Shown piece after piece: positions 9,849 to 18,151 of a stretch of 64,000 nt of DNA. The notes below the pieces were generated by a model that ran no database searches, was not told the origin of the DNA, and saw only the letters and a program-made list of their open reading frames with translations. A program made the translations under genes and the position numbers. Origin of the DNA: Spirochaetaceae bacterium (lineage in GTDB: Bacteria; Spirochaetota; Spirochaetia; DSM-2461); contig JAOPTT010000007.1 of the NCBI GenBank assembly GCA_051531975.1, forward strand, positions 24,985 to 88,984, given 5' to 3'. How positions within the stretch are numbered: the first letter of the stretch is position 1; each line of letters starts with the position of its first letter.

Positions 9849-10228
9849 TCTTCTTTGGTTGGTATAGAAAACTTCTGACTTTCAAACTCTTCTCCGCCCA
9901 TCCATAAATCAATTTTTATTCCGGAGTCTGTTTTTGAAACATCTGCATGTTTTACTTGCCATCCAAGAAGATCCAATCTAGAACTACCTAGTAGATCATG
10001 ACCTGTCATCGCACCATAATAGCCTGCAAGTTCAGGTCTTTTTTGACTATTTAATGTTTTCTCTAATCTAATAACTTCTTCGTCATCATGTTCATTACTA
10101 TCTAAAATACATAAGTGAAGCCCAGACTCTTCTTGGTGTAAAGAGATAACCATTTTTTGTGGATCTCCTTCTAATATATAACTAGACATTTCGCTTAATA
10201 GGTTTAGAATTATATCTTTTCTCTTCAC
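9845..10228 (-). CDS. Hypothetical protein, coupled to DUF1576 gene
   Basis: ATGA-type 4-nt overlap with upstream gene; GGAG RBS. Confidence 0.75.
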   Translation of the reverse strand: MKRKDIILNLLSEMSSYILEGDPQKMVISLHQEESGLHLCILDSNEHDDEEVIRLEKTLNSQKRPELAGYYGAMTGHDLLGSSRLDLLGWQVKHADVSKTDSGIKIDLWMGGEEFESQKFSIPTKED

Positions 10229-11499
10229 TTTTTACTCCTGAAAGTATCTTTAAACTCTGTTTTATTAGTTTTATACCACTGAATTACTGCGACAATGAGT
10301 GATGCAGTTAAACCACCAGCAAATCCATTATTATATAAATTCATACCACCATGCCAGGTCCCTGTCTGCATAACCATTGTTAGATGAATAAACCCTGCAA
10401 TTATTCCTGCCTTCCAACCAAATTCACCTGCTAAAGGACCAAGTGTTGTTACAAAAATTGCTGCTAATATAGGTCCAGGATCATTTAAACTGATACCAAA
10501 AACCAATGCACAGATGATTACTCCTGCTACAACTGACCAACTATTCTTTAGATTTGTACCAAATGCTCCAAAACCTATAATCGTTAACAATCCACCAATT
10601 ACAGGTCCATTAAAGTCAGCCTTTACAACTAATACATATAAGGTTCCACAAATACCTAATAGACCGGCATTTATTAAAGCACCTTCAAAACTTTCTATGG
10701 CCATAAAGTCTGATGGTAGCCTTCCGGGTATTTTTAATACTCTTAGAAATGATTTAAGCACACTTTTTCCACCACTAATAATTCCAGTTAAAATCAGACC
10801 TAAAGATATGGTTGGTACTAATAACTTTAGAAATAGTGACGGTTCTGTATACCACTGTAATCCACCAGAAAATTCATGGCCTGTTGCTAAAATAAAAGCA
10901 GTTGCAAATAGACCTAAAAACCCACAAGTTAAACCCATATTATATAGGTTATATCCCTGGTGAAGATGAAGCATAGATACAGCGAGTGCTGGAAGGAAAA
11001 ATCCTGTAACAATACCAAGACCAACCCCTCCCAATATAGCCCCAACTCCAGTTAAACCGAATTCAAAGGCAATAAAACTTACAACCGGGCCAAGTGCTGT
11101 TCCAAAAAGGGCAATAATTATATATTCCTTAAATTCCTTACCTACAAAACGACCGGAAAGGTATACACCAAAAATAATGGGAAGAACATTAAATACGGTT
11201 TTACCAAAGAGACCAAATCCCATAAGAGTAAAAACTGCTGCAAATGTTGGTCCAGATAGTTTTACTTTTAGTTTGAGAATTATAAGCAATCCACAAAGGC
11301 CTACTAAAGCAGAATTAGCTAAGGAACCACCAATTCCTGCAATTTGGATAAAATCGTTAATTAGTCTAGCAGGGACTAACTGAATATGTATAAGTTCCTT
11401 TAGAACTTCTTTAGGACCATCTATTAAGATTCCACATAGTATAAATAGAGATATTAATGCGAATAGTAAGTTTCTTAATAAGTTATGTTGTTTTGTCAT
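10225..11499 (-). CDS. DUF1576 family membrane protein
   Basis: Internally duplicated halves with GFGLFGK/GFGAFGT and GYNLYNMG/GGMNLYNNGF motifs. Confidence 0.82.
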   Translation of the reverse strand: MTKQHNLLRNLLFALISLFILCGILIDGPKEVLKELIHIQLVPARLINDFIQIAGIGGSLANSALVGLCGLLIILKLKVKLSGPTFAAVFTLMGFGLFGKTVFNVLPIIFGVYLSGRFVGKEFKEYIIIALFGTALGPVVSFIAFEFGLTGVGAILGGVGLGIVTGFFLPALAVSMLHLHQGYNLYNMGLTCGFLGLFATAFILATGHEFSGGLQWYTEPSLFLKLLVPTISLGLILTGIISGGKSVLKSFLRVLKIPGRLPSDFMAIESFEGALINAGLLGICGTLYVLVVKADFNGPVIGGLLTIIGFGAFGTNLKNSWSVVAGVIICALVFGISLNDPGPILAAIFVTTLGPLAGEFGWKAGIIAGFIHLTMVMQTGTWHGGMNLYNNGFAGGLTASLIVAVIQWYKTNKTEFKDTFRSKK

Positions 11500-11565
11500 A
11501 TCACCTCACTTTATAAATGTATAATTATAGTTTACACTGAACTACTCAAAAATCAAGACTCAAAT

Positions 11566-12210
11566 TTATCCTTTTAATTTCCTAAGTTCTTTAAATTTAT
11601 TAAAATCAGATGTCAAAAATGGATTGTGTGCTATTTCATCCCCTATGGTTGTTTCTGTAGATGGGAATCTTTTAGCTTTTAGTGTGTAGTAAAAACTAGT
11701 ATTTCCTTCGATCATTAATAAGAAGTCTATACTGTTATTTAGGTATTCATGCCCAGGATATATTTTAGTAGTGGTAGGAAGTTCTTTTAACAAATTAAGT
11801 GAAGAAAAATAATCCTGATAAGTTCCACCTAATAATCTACCACAAAGACCTGAAAAAAGAGTGTCTCCAGTAAATATAATTTCTCTATTGGGGAAATAAA
11901 AGCAACATGAGTCTTTAGTGTGACCAGGAGTCTTTATAACTTGTATATCTTCTTTTGTATTAAATACAGTGTCTGTTTTTGAATTAAAATCTATTATATC
12001 TAAGTTTGGATATATTTCTAAGATGTTTTCTAAGCCACCACAATGGTCAATATGGTTGTGGGTCAGTAGAATTGTTTTAGGTTTAAACTTATTTTTTACA
12101 ATAAATGATAAAATTGCATCACTCTCCCCTGGATCAACAATTATAATTTCAGAATCTCTTTCAATTATATAACAATAATTTGTTTCCAAAATTTGTAGTA
12201 TATGTAACAT
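11566..12210 (-). CDS. gloB: Hydroxyacylglutathione hydrolase (glyoxalase II)-like MBL-fold protein
   Basis: THNHIDHCGG, TPGHT, FTGDTLF, PGHEY, TIGDE..NPF; start at 12210 overlaps stop of ccdA (TAATG). Confidence 0.75.
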   Translation of the reverse strand: MLHILQILETNYCYIIERDSEIIIVDPGESDAILSFIVKNKFKPKTILLTHNHIDHCGGLENILEIYPNLDIIDFNSKTDTVFNTKEDIQVIKTPGHTKDSCCFYFPNREIIFTGDTLFSGLCGRLLGGTYQDYFSSLNLLKELPTTTKIYPGHEYLNNSIDFLLMIEGNTSFYYTLKAKRFPSTETTIGDEIAHNPFLTSDFNKFKELRKLKG

Positions 12211-13118
12211 TAAATCCCCTGGAATGTTAAATAATTTAAAACTAATGCGCCCCAATTTATAACATTAAATGCCGATAGAAAACCTACACATAATAAAATA
12301 GTTCCTAATATTATAAGTATAATACGTTTTTTTGATCTATACATTGATAAAATTGAAAAGAGTATAAAAATAGCTCCTACAATAATATTATAGATCTGAA
12401 AATTTATAATGTACCACCCTGAGAAATCATTTCCCCATTGGCTTAAAAGTATATTTATATTTGACAGTTTATTAAAAAATATTAATACACCTATTAAAAC
12501 TATTAGTATTCCACTTCCTACTCTAATCTTTCCTAGATGTTTTTTTATCCCAATACTTTTTTCTCTAAACTTTGTTATAAATAGTCCAGATATAAAGAAA
12601 GGTATTCCTAGACCTAAAGAGAAAAATGTAAGCAGAATTGCTCCACTTAATAAGGTTGTAGAATTTCCAGCCATAAATAAAATTGTTGCTAATATTGGAC
12701 CTATACATGGAGACCAGCCAGCACCAAATGCCATACCTAACAAAATACTACTTACTATTCCTTTGTTTTTAATTCTGAAATCTACCCTTTTTTCATAATC
12801 TAAAAATGAGATAAAATTAAATATTGTATTTAAACCTAGAACAATAACTATTATTCCTGAGACCCTAGAAATAACTATTGAGTATCTTTGAAAAGCAAAA
12901 CCTAGTGTGCTAAATGCTATACCCATTATTGCAAATACTATTGAAAACCCAATAATGAATGATAAAATCAGAGGTATAGCACCTCTATTTCTAGTATAGC
13001 CATCATCATATGTAGCAGCACCAATATAACCTATATAAGAGGGAATAATTGGGAAGATACAAGGTGATAAGAAAGATATAAAACCTGCGAGAAAAGCAAT
13101 GAATATATTTACATTCAT
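12210..13118 (-). CDS. ccdA: Cytochrome c biogenesis/thiol-disulfide transporter CcdA
   Basis: SFLSPCIFP and GWSPCIGP cysteine motifs. Confidence 0.9.
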   Translation of the reverse strand: MNVNIFIAFLAGFISFLSPCIFPIIPSYIGYIGAATYDDGYTRNRGAIPLILSFIIGFSIVFAIMGIAFSTLGFAFQRYSIVISRVSGIIVIVLGLNTIFNFISFLDYEKRVDFRIKNKGIVSSILLGMAFGAGWSPCIGPILATILFMAGNSTTLLSGAILLTFFSLGLGIPFFISGLFITKFREKSIGIKKHLGKIRVGSGILIVLIGVLIFFNKLSNINILLSQWGNDFSGWYIINFQIYNIIVGAIFILFSILSMYRSKKRIILIILGTILLCVGFLSAFNVINWGALVLNYLTFQGI

Positions 13119-13120
13119 AA

Positions 13121-13687
13121 TTATTGCAGTCCTTTTAAAACATCAATAACATTTTGACTATCCCAACTATGACTTCCTAACTTTCCACCTACAACCATAC
13201 CATCTTTATCAATAATATAAGTGGTAGGAATGCTTCTAATTCCATAAAGAGCCCCAATTTTTTGATCTGAGTCTAATAAAGCTTCAAATTGGAAATTATT
13301 AGATTTTAAATAATTGGAAACAATTTCATTTGATTCACCTAAATTAACAGTTAATACTATAATATTCTCGTCTTTTGTTAACTTATATAGATTGTTTATT
13401 GAAGGCATTTCTTCTTTACATGGTCCACACCAATATGCCCAGAAGTTTAGAAATATAACCTTCCCTTTATAATCTGATAAGGATACTTTTTCACCTTCCA
13501 AATTTTCTAGAGTAAAATTTGGAGCTTCAACTTTTGGATCAACTCTATTTATACCAGCCAGGAGAAAATCATCACTGTTTTCAGATATTGTTTCAGTTTT
13601 CACTTCAGATTGTATTTCTTCTTTTTTTATATCTTTATCACAAGATATAATTAGTAATGTTGTTAGCAATATAATTATTTTTTTCAT
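13121..13687 (-). CDS. TlpA/ResA-family thioredoxin-like lipoprotein
   Basis: Lipobox IISC; LNFWAYWCGPCKEEMP; PTTYIID. Confidence 0.9.
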   Translation of the reverse strand: MKKIIILLTTLLIISCDKDIKKEEIQSEVKTETISENSDDFLLAGINRVDPKVEAPNFTLENLEGEKVSLSDYKGKVIFLNFWAYWCGPCKEEMPSINNLYKLTKDENIIVLTVNLGESNEIVSNYLKSNNFQFEALLDSDQKIGALYGIRSIPTTYIIDKDGMVVGGKLGSHSWDSQNVIDVLKGLQ

Positions 13688-13759
13688 ACTTAATATTAGC
13701 AGTATATTTTATATATGTATAGTCTTACTAGGATTGGTTCCTATTAAAACTTTTTAAGT

Positions 13760-13780
13760 TCTTGACAGGTGTCGCCAATA
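13760..13780 (+). repeat. 21-bp direct repeat, copy 1 (contains -35 TTGACA)
   Basis: tcttgacaggtgtcgccaata; 19/21 identical to 14650-14670. Confidence 0.85.
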
Positions 13781-13796
13781 ACCACAAAATAAAAAT

Positions 13797-14261
13797 ATGA
13801 AAAAAAATTATAAAAAACTAAATAGAGAAGAAATGTTGTCATTATTGCAAAACCTTACAAATTTTAATAGAACAGAGGGATTGGAAAGCAGATTTATTGA
13901 ATATAGAGCCTTTGTTATTTGCCGTTTATTATTTAGCACAGGACTAAAAGTTTGTGATATTTCTAAACTTAATTTTTTAGATTTCGATTTTAAAAAAAAT
14001 CATATTTCAATAGAGAATAATATATATAAATTGAATAGATATACTACAAATATTTTATCAAGGTTTGCAAATAAAAGAGAACTATTGATTTCCACAAAAC
14101 TTCAGGAAGATAATTGTCTGTTTTTTGGTGAAATTAATACAGTTCTAAAAAAGCAGGTAGATAAGGTTTTATCTAGGATTTCTGGATATACTGTAGATAG
14201 CAGTTGTTTTAGCTCTTTTGATAATAATTTAAGGGATTCACTTCTTGTTGGCTTTAATTAA
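13797..14261 (+). CDS. Degenerate tyrosine recombinase (XerC/D-like) catalytic-domain homolog; probably inactive or pseudogene
   Basis: RAFVICRLLFSTGLKVCDISKL resembles Box I (RDRAILELLYATGLRVSEL) with R->K; no HxxR or catalytic Tyr region. Confidence 0.55.
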   Translation: MKKNYKKLNREEMLSLLQNLTNFNRTEGLESRFIEYRAFVICRLLFSTGLKVCDISKLNFLDFDFKKNHISIENNIYKLNRYTTNILSRFANKRELLISTKLQEDNCLFFGEINTVLKKQVDKVLSRISGYTVDSSCFSSFDNNLRDSLLVGFN

Positions 14262-14618
14262 GTCATCTAATGTCTTTAATATAGTTCTTTTATAATGCTC
14301 TGGCATCTCTTCTATCTCTTTAATTCTCTTGGTATATCTTAAGCTAACTATTTCTTTAATTTCTTCCTGTTTTTTACACCCAAGGATCTGATCCGTAGAG
14401 ACACTTAATGCTATAGCAATTCGAACTATCATTTCATCGTATATTCTAGATCGCCCTCGCTCATAGTCAGCGAGGGTTACACGGGCAATTCCGATTATAC
14501 CTGCAAGTTTTTCCTGGGTTAAACCTCTGCTTTTTCGAATTTCAGAGATTCTTTCACCTACAGATCTGTTATCTTGGAGTTCAATATTTGGTAATTCATA
14601 TTTAAACTTTCTTGCCAT
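14238..14618 (-). CDS. XRE family helix-turn-helix transcriptional regulator
   Basis: GERISEIRKSRGLTQEKLA...LADYERG...IAIALSVSTDQILG. Confidence 0.92.
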   Translation of the reverse strand: MARKFKYELPNIELQDNRSVGERISEIRKSRGLTQEKLAGIIGIARVTLADYERGRSRIYDEMIVRIAIALSVSTDQILGCKKQEEIKEIVSLRYTKRIKEIEEMPEHYKRTILKTLDDLIKANKK

Positions 14619-14649
14619 AAAACAATTTTATCATTCTGGTATATTATTG

Positions 14650-14670
14650 TCTTGACGGGTGTCGCAAATA
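14650..14670 (+). repeat. 21-bp direct repeat, copy 2
   Basis: tcttgacgggtgtcgcaaata, 32 nt upstream of the XRE start. Confidence 0.85.
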
Positions 14671-14675
14671 GCATC

Positions 14676-14996
14676 TTAAATAGACGGAAGAAGTTTCTTA
14701 TGTAAAGATACATCAAACCGCTCAACATGTGCTGGGTTATCATCTTTAAAAAACTCAGTTATATATGGCTTTGCACAGTGTTCATCAAATGTTTTTTGAT
14801 CGTACCATGTCTCAATAAAAGTAATTTCAACTGGCTTATCGATACTCTGGTTAAGTTCGTATCTAATACAACCACCCTCTTGTGATGTAAGTCTAATTAG
14901 CCCGTGTAGAGCTTGTAATAGTTGGTTTTCTTCACCTTTAATTGCAAAAAATTTTGCAATACATACTAGTTGTGTTTCGTTTTTTAATAAGTTCAT
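14676..14996 (-). CDS. Antibiotic biosynthesis monooxygenase (ABM)/quinol monooxygenase family protein
   Basis: EGGCIRYEL, FIETW, FDEHCAKPY motif; GGAG RBS. Confidence 0.85.
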   Translation of the reverse strand: MNLLKNETQLVCIAKFFAIKGEENQLLQALHGLIRLTSQEGGCIRYELNQSIDKPVEITFIETWYDQKTFDEHCAKPYITEFFKDDNPAHVERFDVSLHKKLLPSI

Positions 14997-15061
14997 ATAA
15001 TCTCCAATAAAGTTATAATTTGATTGTATAAAAAATGAAAATTATATGATATAGTCCCGTT

Positions 15062-15277
15062 ATGAATATAATAATTATCGAAATAGCAGTTGCACTTATC
15101 CCTACAGTTTATGGTGGATCTCTTTTAATAAAAGTAAATAGACTTTCCAATAAAATGACCGAGGAAAAGAGGGTTGAAGCATACCCTAAAATTAGTAAAA
15201 TGAAGAGAAGTGGTATTATTTTCTTTCTTGCTGGGGCATATTTCATGTACGAATTTTATAAGAACCATTTTGTTTAA
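15062..15277 (+). CDS. Small hypothetical membrane protein (2 hydrophobic segments)
   Basis: ORF preceded by extended -10 (TGaTATAGT) 6 nt before ATG; TAATG coupling to next gene. Confidence 0.65.
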   Translation: MNIIIIEIAVALIPTVYGGSLLIKVNRLSNKMTEEKRVEAYPKISKMKRSGIIFFLAGAYFMYEFYKNHFV

Positions 15278-15474
15278 TGGATGATCAAGTTTGTTACTGC
15301 TCTAATATTACTCGGGTAGAAATAAAAGAAGCTGTTACACATGGTGCTAATAATATATCAGAGGTTAGAAGTTATCTGAAAAAAAATATCACAGGAAATT
15401 GTAAAACAACACATCCACTTGGGATATGTTGCCATAAAGATTTTATGAGTGTGATTAAAGAGTTTCAAGTTTAG
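15277..15474 (+). CDS. BFD-like (2Fe-2S)-binding small protein
   Basis: VCYC...EI.EAV..GA...C...HP.G.CC pattern. Confidence 0.8.
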   Translation: MDDQVCYCSNITRVEIKEAVTHGANNISEVRSYLKKNITGNCKTTHPLGICCHKDFMSVIKEFQV

Positions 15475-16579
15475 TTCTAATTACAGGTAGGGTTAATGAT
15501 TCTACCTCATCTTCAATATCTCTTAGTTTAGTATCTCCAGGTATTTCCTGTGATAATTCTAATAGTTCATATAATCTATTTTTTTCTACATCAAAGCCAT
15601 TTGCTACCTCTTTAATAGTCATAGATCCCTTAATATCTGAAGTTTTAAGAGCCCCTTCTTTTACAACTATTTTATTTGATGTTTTAAATAGGTCTATTTT
15701 CTCTGCTATGACAATTGGAAGTATAAAAAGTGAAACCACTATAATACCTGCTGTTAATCTATTTTTTATAGATAAGCCCTTTGATATTGGTAAATTATGA
15801 TCTATAGCACCTTGAATTGGGCAAGAATCTAAACATTCTCCACATTTATTACAACGAGTATCCAGTACATATTCGATATTTGCTACATCTATTTTCATAG
15901 GACAAGCTTTTGAACACTTATTACAACTAATACACTTATTGGTTCTTCTAATTTTCCAAGGACTAATTAATTGTAAAATACCTTGGACTGCTCCAAATGG
16001 GCAAAACCACCTACACCAAGGTCTCTGGACTAATAGGGATGATAATAATACTAGAAATAACACTAAAATTGCTGTAGGTAACGCTTCCCCTGTCCAGAAG
16101 TGGAACAGGGCATAATAAGGATCTATTTTTACAAACATCAAACTTAAGTGCCTCGTTGTTTGTAATACTATTAAGAGTAAAACTACATATCTTAAATTTC
16201 CTAATAATTTATCTATCTTGATAGGAATATTATTATATTTCTTTTTAAATAATCTTTTGCCAAGTTTTCCTATCCATTCTTGTATCGACCCTAATGGGCA
16301 TAACCATCCACAAAAGAATGCTCCAAATAAAATAGTGGAGCCAGTAACTGATAAAAGTACCCAGAAGTTAGATTCATGGGTTTTAGGTATAAATTTATCC
16401 GCTATTATTAACCTTCCCAGGGTTTCAACAGCACCAAAAGGGCAGGTTGCATGTAGGTCAAAGGTTTTTATAGGTATTACAATACCTTTATCTTGGAGGA
16501 AATGTATTGATACTGTAGAAAAGATAAAAAAGAAGAATGTAACTTGTATAACTCTTTTAATGTTTACTTTATTCATCAT
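15455..16579 (-). CDS. 4Fe-4S binding membrane protein (NapH/YccM-like)
   Basis: CPFG, FCGWLCPLG, WCRWFCPFG, two CxxCxxCxxxCP ferredoxin motifs. Confidence 0.88.
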   Translation of the reverse strand: MMNKVNIKRVIQVTFFFFIFSTVSIHFLQDKGIVIPIKTFDLHATCPFGAVETLGRLIIADKFIPKTHESNFWVLLSVTGSTILFGAFFCGWLCPLGSIQEWIGKLGKRLFKKKYNNIPIKIDKLLGNLRYVVLLLIVLQTTRHLSLMFVKIDPYYALFHFWTGEALPTAILVLFLVLLSSLLVQRPWCRWFCPFGAVQGILQLISPWKIRRTNKCISCNKCSKACPMKIDVANIEYVLDTRCNKCGECLDSCPIQGAIDHNLPISKGLSIKNRLTAGIIVVSLFILPIVIAEKIDLFKTSNKIVVKEGALKTSDIKGSMTIKEVANGFDVEKNRLYELLELSQEIPGDTKLRDIEDEVESLTLPVIRTKLETL

Positions 16580-17027
16580 CTAATCCTGTCTGTTTTATTA
16601 TAAAATCTAAATATTCATCGTAACCTGATTTTCTGTCACAATCTCTAATAATTTCTAAGGCTGCTTTCTCAAAATTATTAACATTAAAATTAATTTTTGT
16701 AATAAAATTTCTACTACCTATTTGTTCCCATGTTATTTTTTCTAATAGTTGTAGCGGTAGGTGGTCTTTAGAAGTCTTCCATTTCTCTTCTTCTAAAATA
16801 AAGTCGGTATCATTAACATCTACATCACACCGTCCATGATCTTGAAAATAGTTTATAATCAAAGTATATTTTTCCAGTTTTTTAAGTTCAATAATTCTAG
16901 CAGGGCTAATATGTTTTTCTATACCACTACTATCAACCAATGTATAACCTATTTCACAAGAAGAGATTCCAATAAATCCAGCAATAAAAAAGATTAGTAA
17001 AAATAGTAAACTCTTTTTAATTATCAC
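16569..17027 (-). CDS. Hypothetical exported protein with Cys/His motifs
   Basis: Signal-peptide-like N-terminus; DHGRC and RDC motifs; overlaps both neighbours. Confidence 0.75.
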   Translation of the reverse strand: MIIKKSLLFLLIFFIAGFIGISSCEIGYTLVDSSGIEKHISPARIIELKKLEKYTLIINYFQDHGRCDVDVNDTDFILEEEKWKTSKDHLPLQLLEKITWEQIGSRNFITKINFNVNNFEKAALEIIRDCDRKSGYDEYLDFIIKQTGLDDE

Positions 17028-17397
17028 TGTCTTTTCCTTTTCCCTGACCAGATCCTCGCCACATTGGGGATCCGTTATTATCTCGGAAGTTATATTTTTT
17101 ATTATTTAATATTACCGTTATTGGAGCTATATGTTCATTTATAAAAAAACCTTCAACTGTGAGGAGTGTCTCTAAATCTGGGGCATAGTTAATTTGTTCC
17201 ATATACTCTTCTGGACCCATATGTAACTGGTAGAGTGTATAACTACTTTTGATATAAGATTCACCATTTATAATATTGAGAGTACCAGAGATTGTTTTTA
17301 TTTCGCCACTATCTGCAAGTTCACGACCTGTGTAACTATCAGCAAATAGTGAAAAACTTAAAAATGTTAATATTATTGTAAATAGACCTTTGTTCAT
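17017..17397 (-). CDS. Hypothetical exported protein (possible OB-fold, MamS/MamX-like domain)
   Basis: Signal peptide (FSLFA); LHMGPEEY and FRDNNGSPMW motifs; AAGGAG RBS. Confidence 0.7.
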   Translation of the reverse strand: MNKGLFTIILTFLSFSLFADSYTGRELADSGEIKTISGTLNIINGESYIKSSYTLYQLHMGPEEYMEQINYAPDLETLLTVEGFFINEHIAPITVILNNKKYNFRDNNGSPMWRGSGQGKGKDSDN

Positions 17398-17447
17398 TTA
17401 CTACTTTCTCCTTAATTTTAAAACTAAAGAAATAGTAGTGTTTCTAA

Positions 17448-17487
17448 GTAAAGAACTAATATAAAGAAAGTAAAGATTGGGTAAAGA
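17448..17487 (-). promoter_or_regulatory. Tandem TCTTTAC direct repeats, putative OmpR-family binding site
   Basis: GTAAAGA at 17448, 17470, 17481 (spacing 22 and 11 bp). Confidence 0.5.
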
Positions 17488-17489
17488 TA

Positions 17490-18068
17490 TTACCCTCTAT
17501 GTTTTATTAGAATTTTATCTATTCCCATAGATTCAAGTTTTGTTACTACCTCATAGGTTTTGTTTATTGGAACATCAGGTAACATTACTCGCATGATTCC
17601 GCTGTTGCTCATTGATGTTGTTGGCTCAAAACCAGCTTTTTTAAGTTTTGCTTTCATTGTTGATGCATATGTAAAGTTTGAATAGGCTGCAACTTGTATA
17701 TCCATAACCTGGGCTGGTTTAGGCATATCTATAATTTTAAGAGATACTTGGGCTGTACCTGTTTTTAACATATCTATATCGGCTGCGGCTTTATTTGATA
17801 GGTCAATTATTCTACCATCAATAAAAGGACCTCTATCGTTAATTCTTACCTTAACTTTTTTACCATTATCTAAGTTCGTAACTTCAACTACAGTATTAAA
17901 TGGTAGTGTTTTATGAGCAGCTGTTAATACATTTGTATCAAAGATTTCACCGTTTGCGGTTTGTCTTCCAATAAACTTTCCACCATACCATGATGCATGA
18001 CCTTTTAACTGATGACTGAACAATAAGATAGGAAGTAATAATAAAAGTGGTAATAAAATTCTTTTCAT
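17490..18068 (-). CDS. rlpA: Septal ring lytic transglycosylase RlpA family protein with SPOR-like C-terminus
   Basis: [36 protein letters not shown]. Confidence 0.92.
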   Translation of the reverse strand: MKRILLPLLLLLPILLFSHQLKGHASWYGGKFIGRQTANGEIFDTNVLTAAHKTLPFNTVVEVTNLDNGKKVKVRINDRGPFIDGRIIDLSNKAAADIDMLKTGTAQVSLKIIDMPKPAQVMDIQVAAYSNFTYASTMKAKLKKAGFEPTTSMSNSGIMRVMLPDVPINKTYEVVTKLESMGIDKILIKHRG

Positions 18069-18075
18069 ATGGAAG

Positions 18076-18103
18076 ATATCGGTCTATAAACTATTTTTCC
18101 TTA
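18076..18103 (-). promoter_or_regulatory. Putative sigma-28 promoter of rlpA
   Basis: Minus strand TAAG-N16-ACCGATAT, 7 nt before ATG. Confidence 0.45.
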
Positions 18104-18151
18104 ATGTTAACTATTGAATAACAGATATTTGAAGCTATATAATAAGCAGTT

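Noticed and set aside
13797..14618. Prophage or intact integrative element
   Set aside because: Recombinase-like ORF lacks catalytic residues; no structural, replication or conjugation genes nearby.
17017..17397. Magnetosome gene cluster
   Set aside because: Only a possible MamS/MamX-like OB-fold motif; no other mam-like genes in the window.
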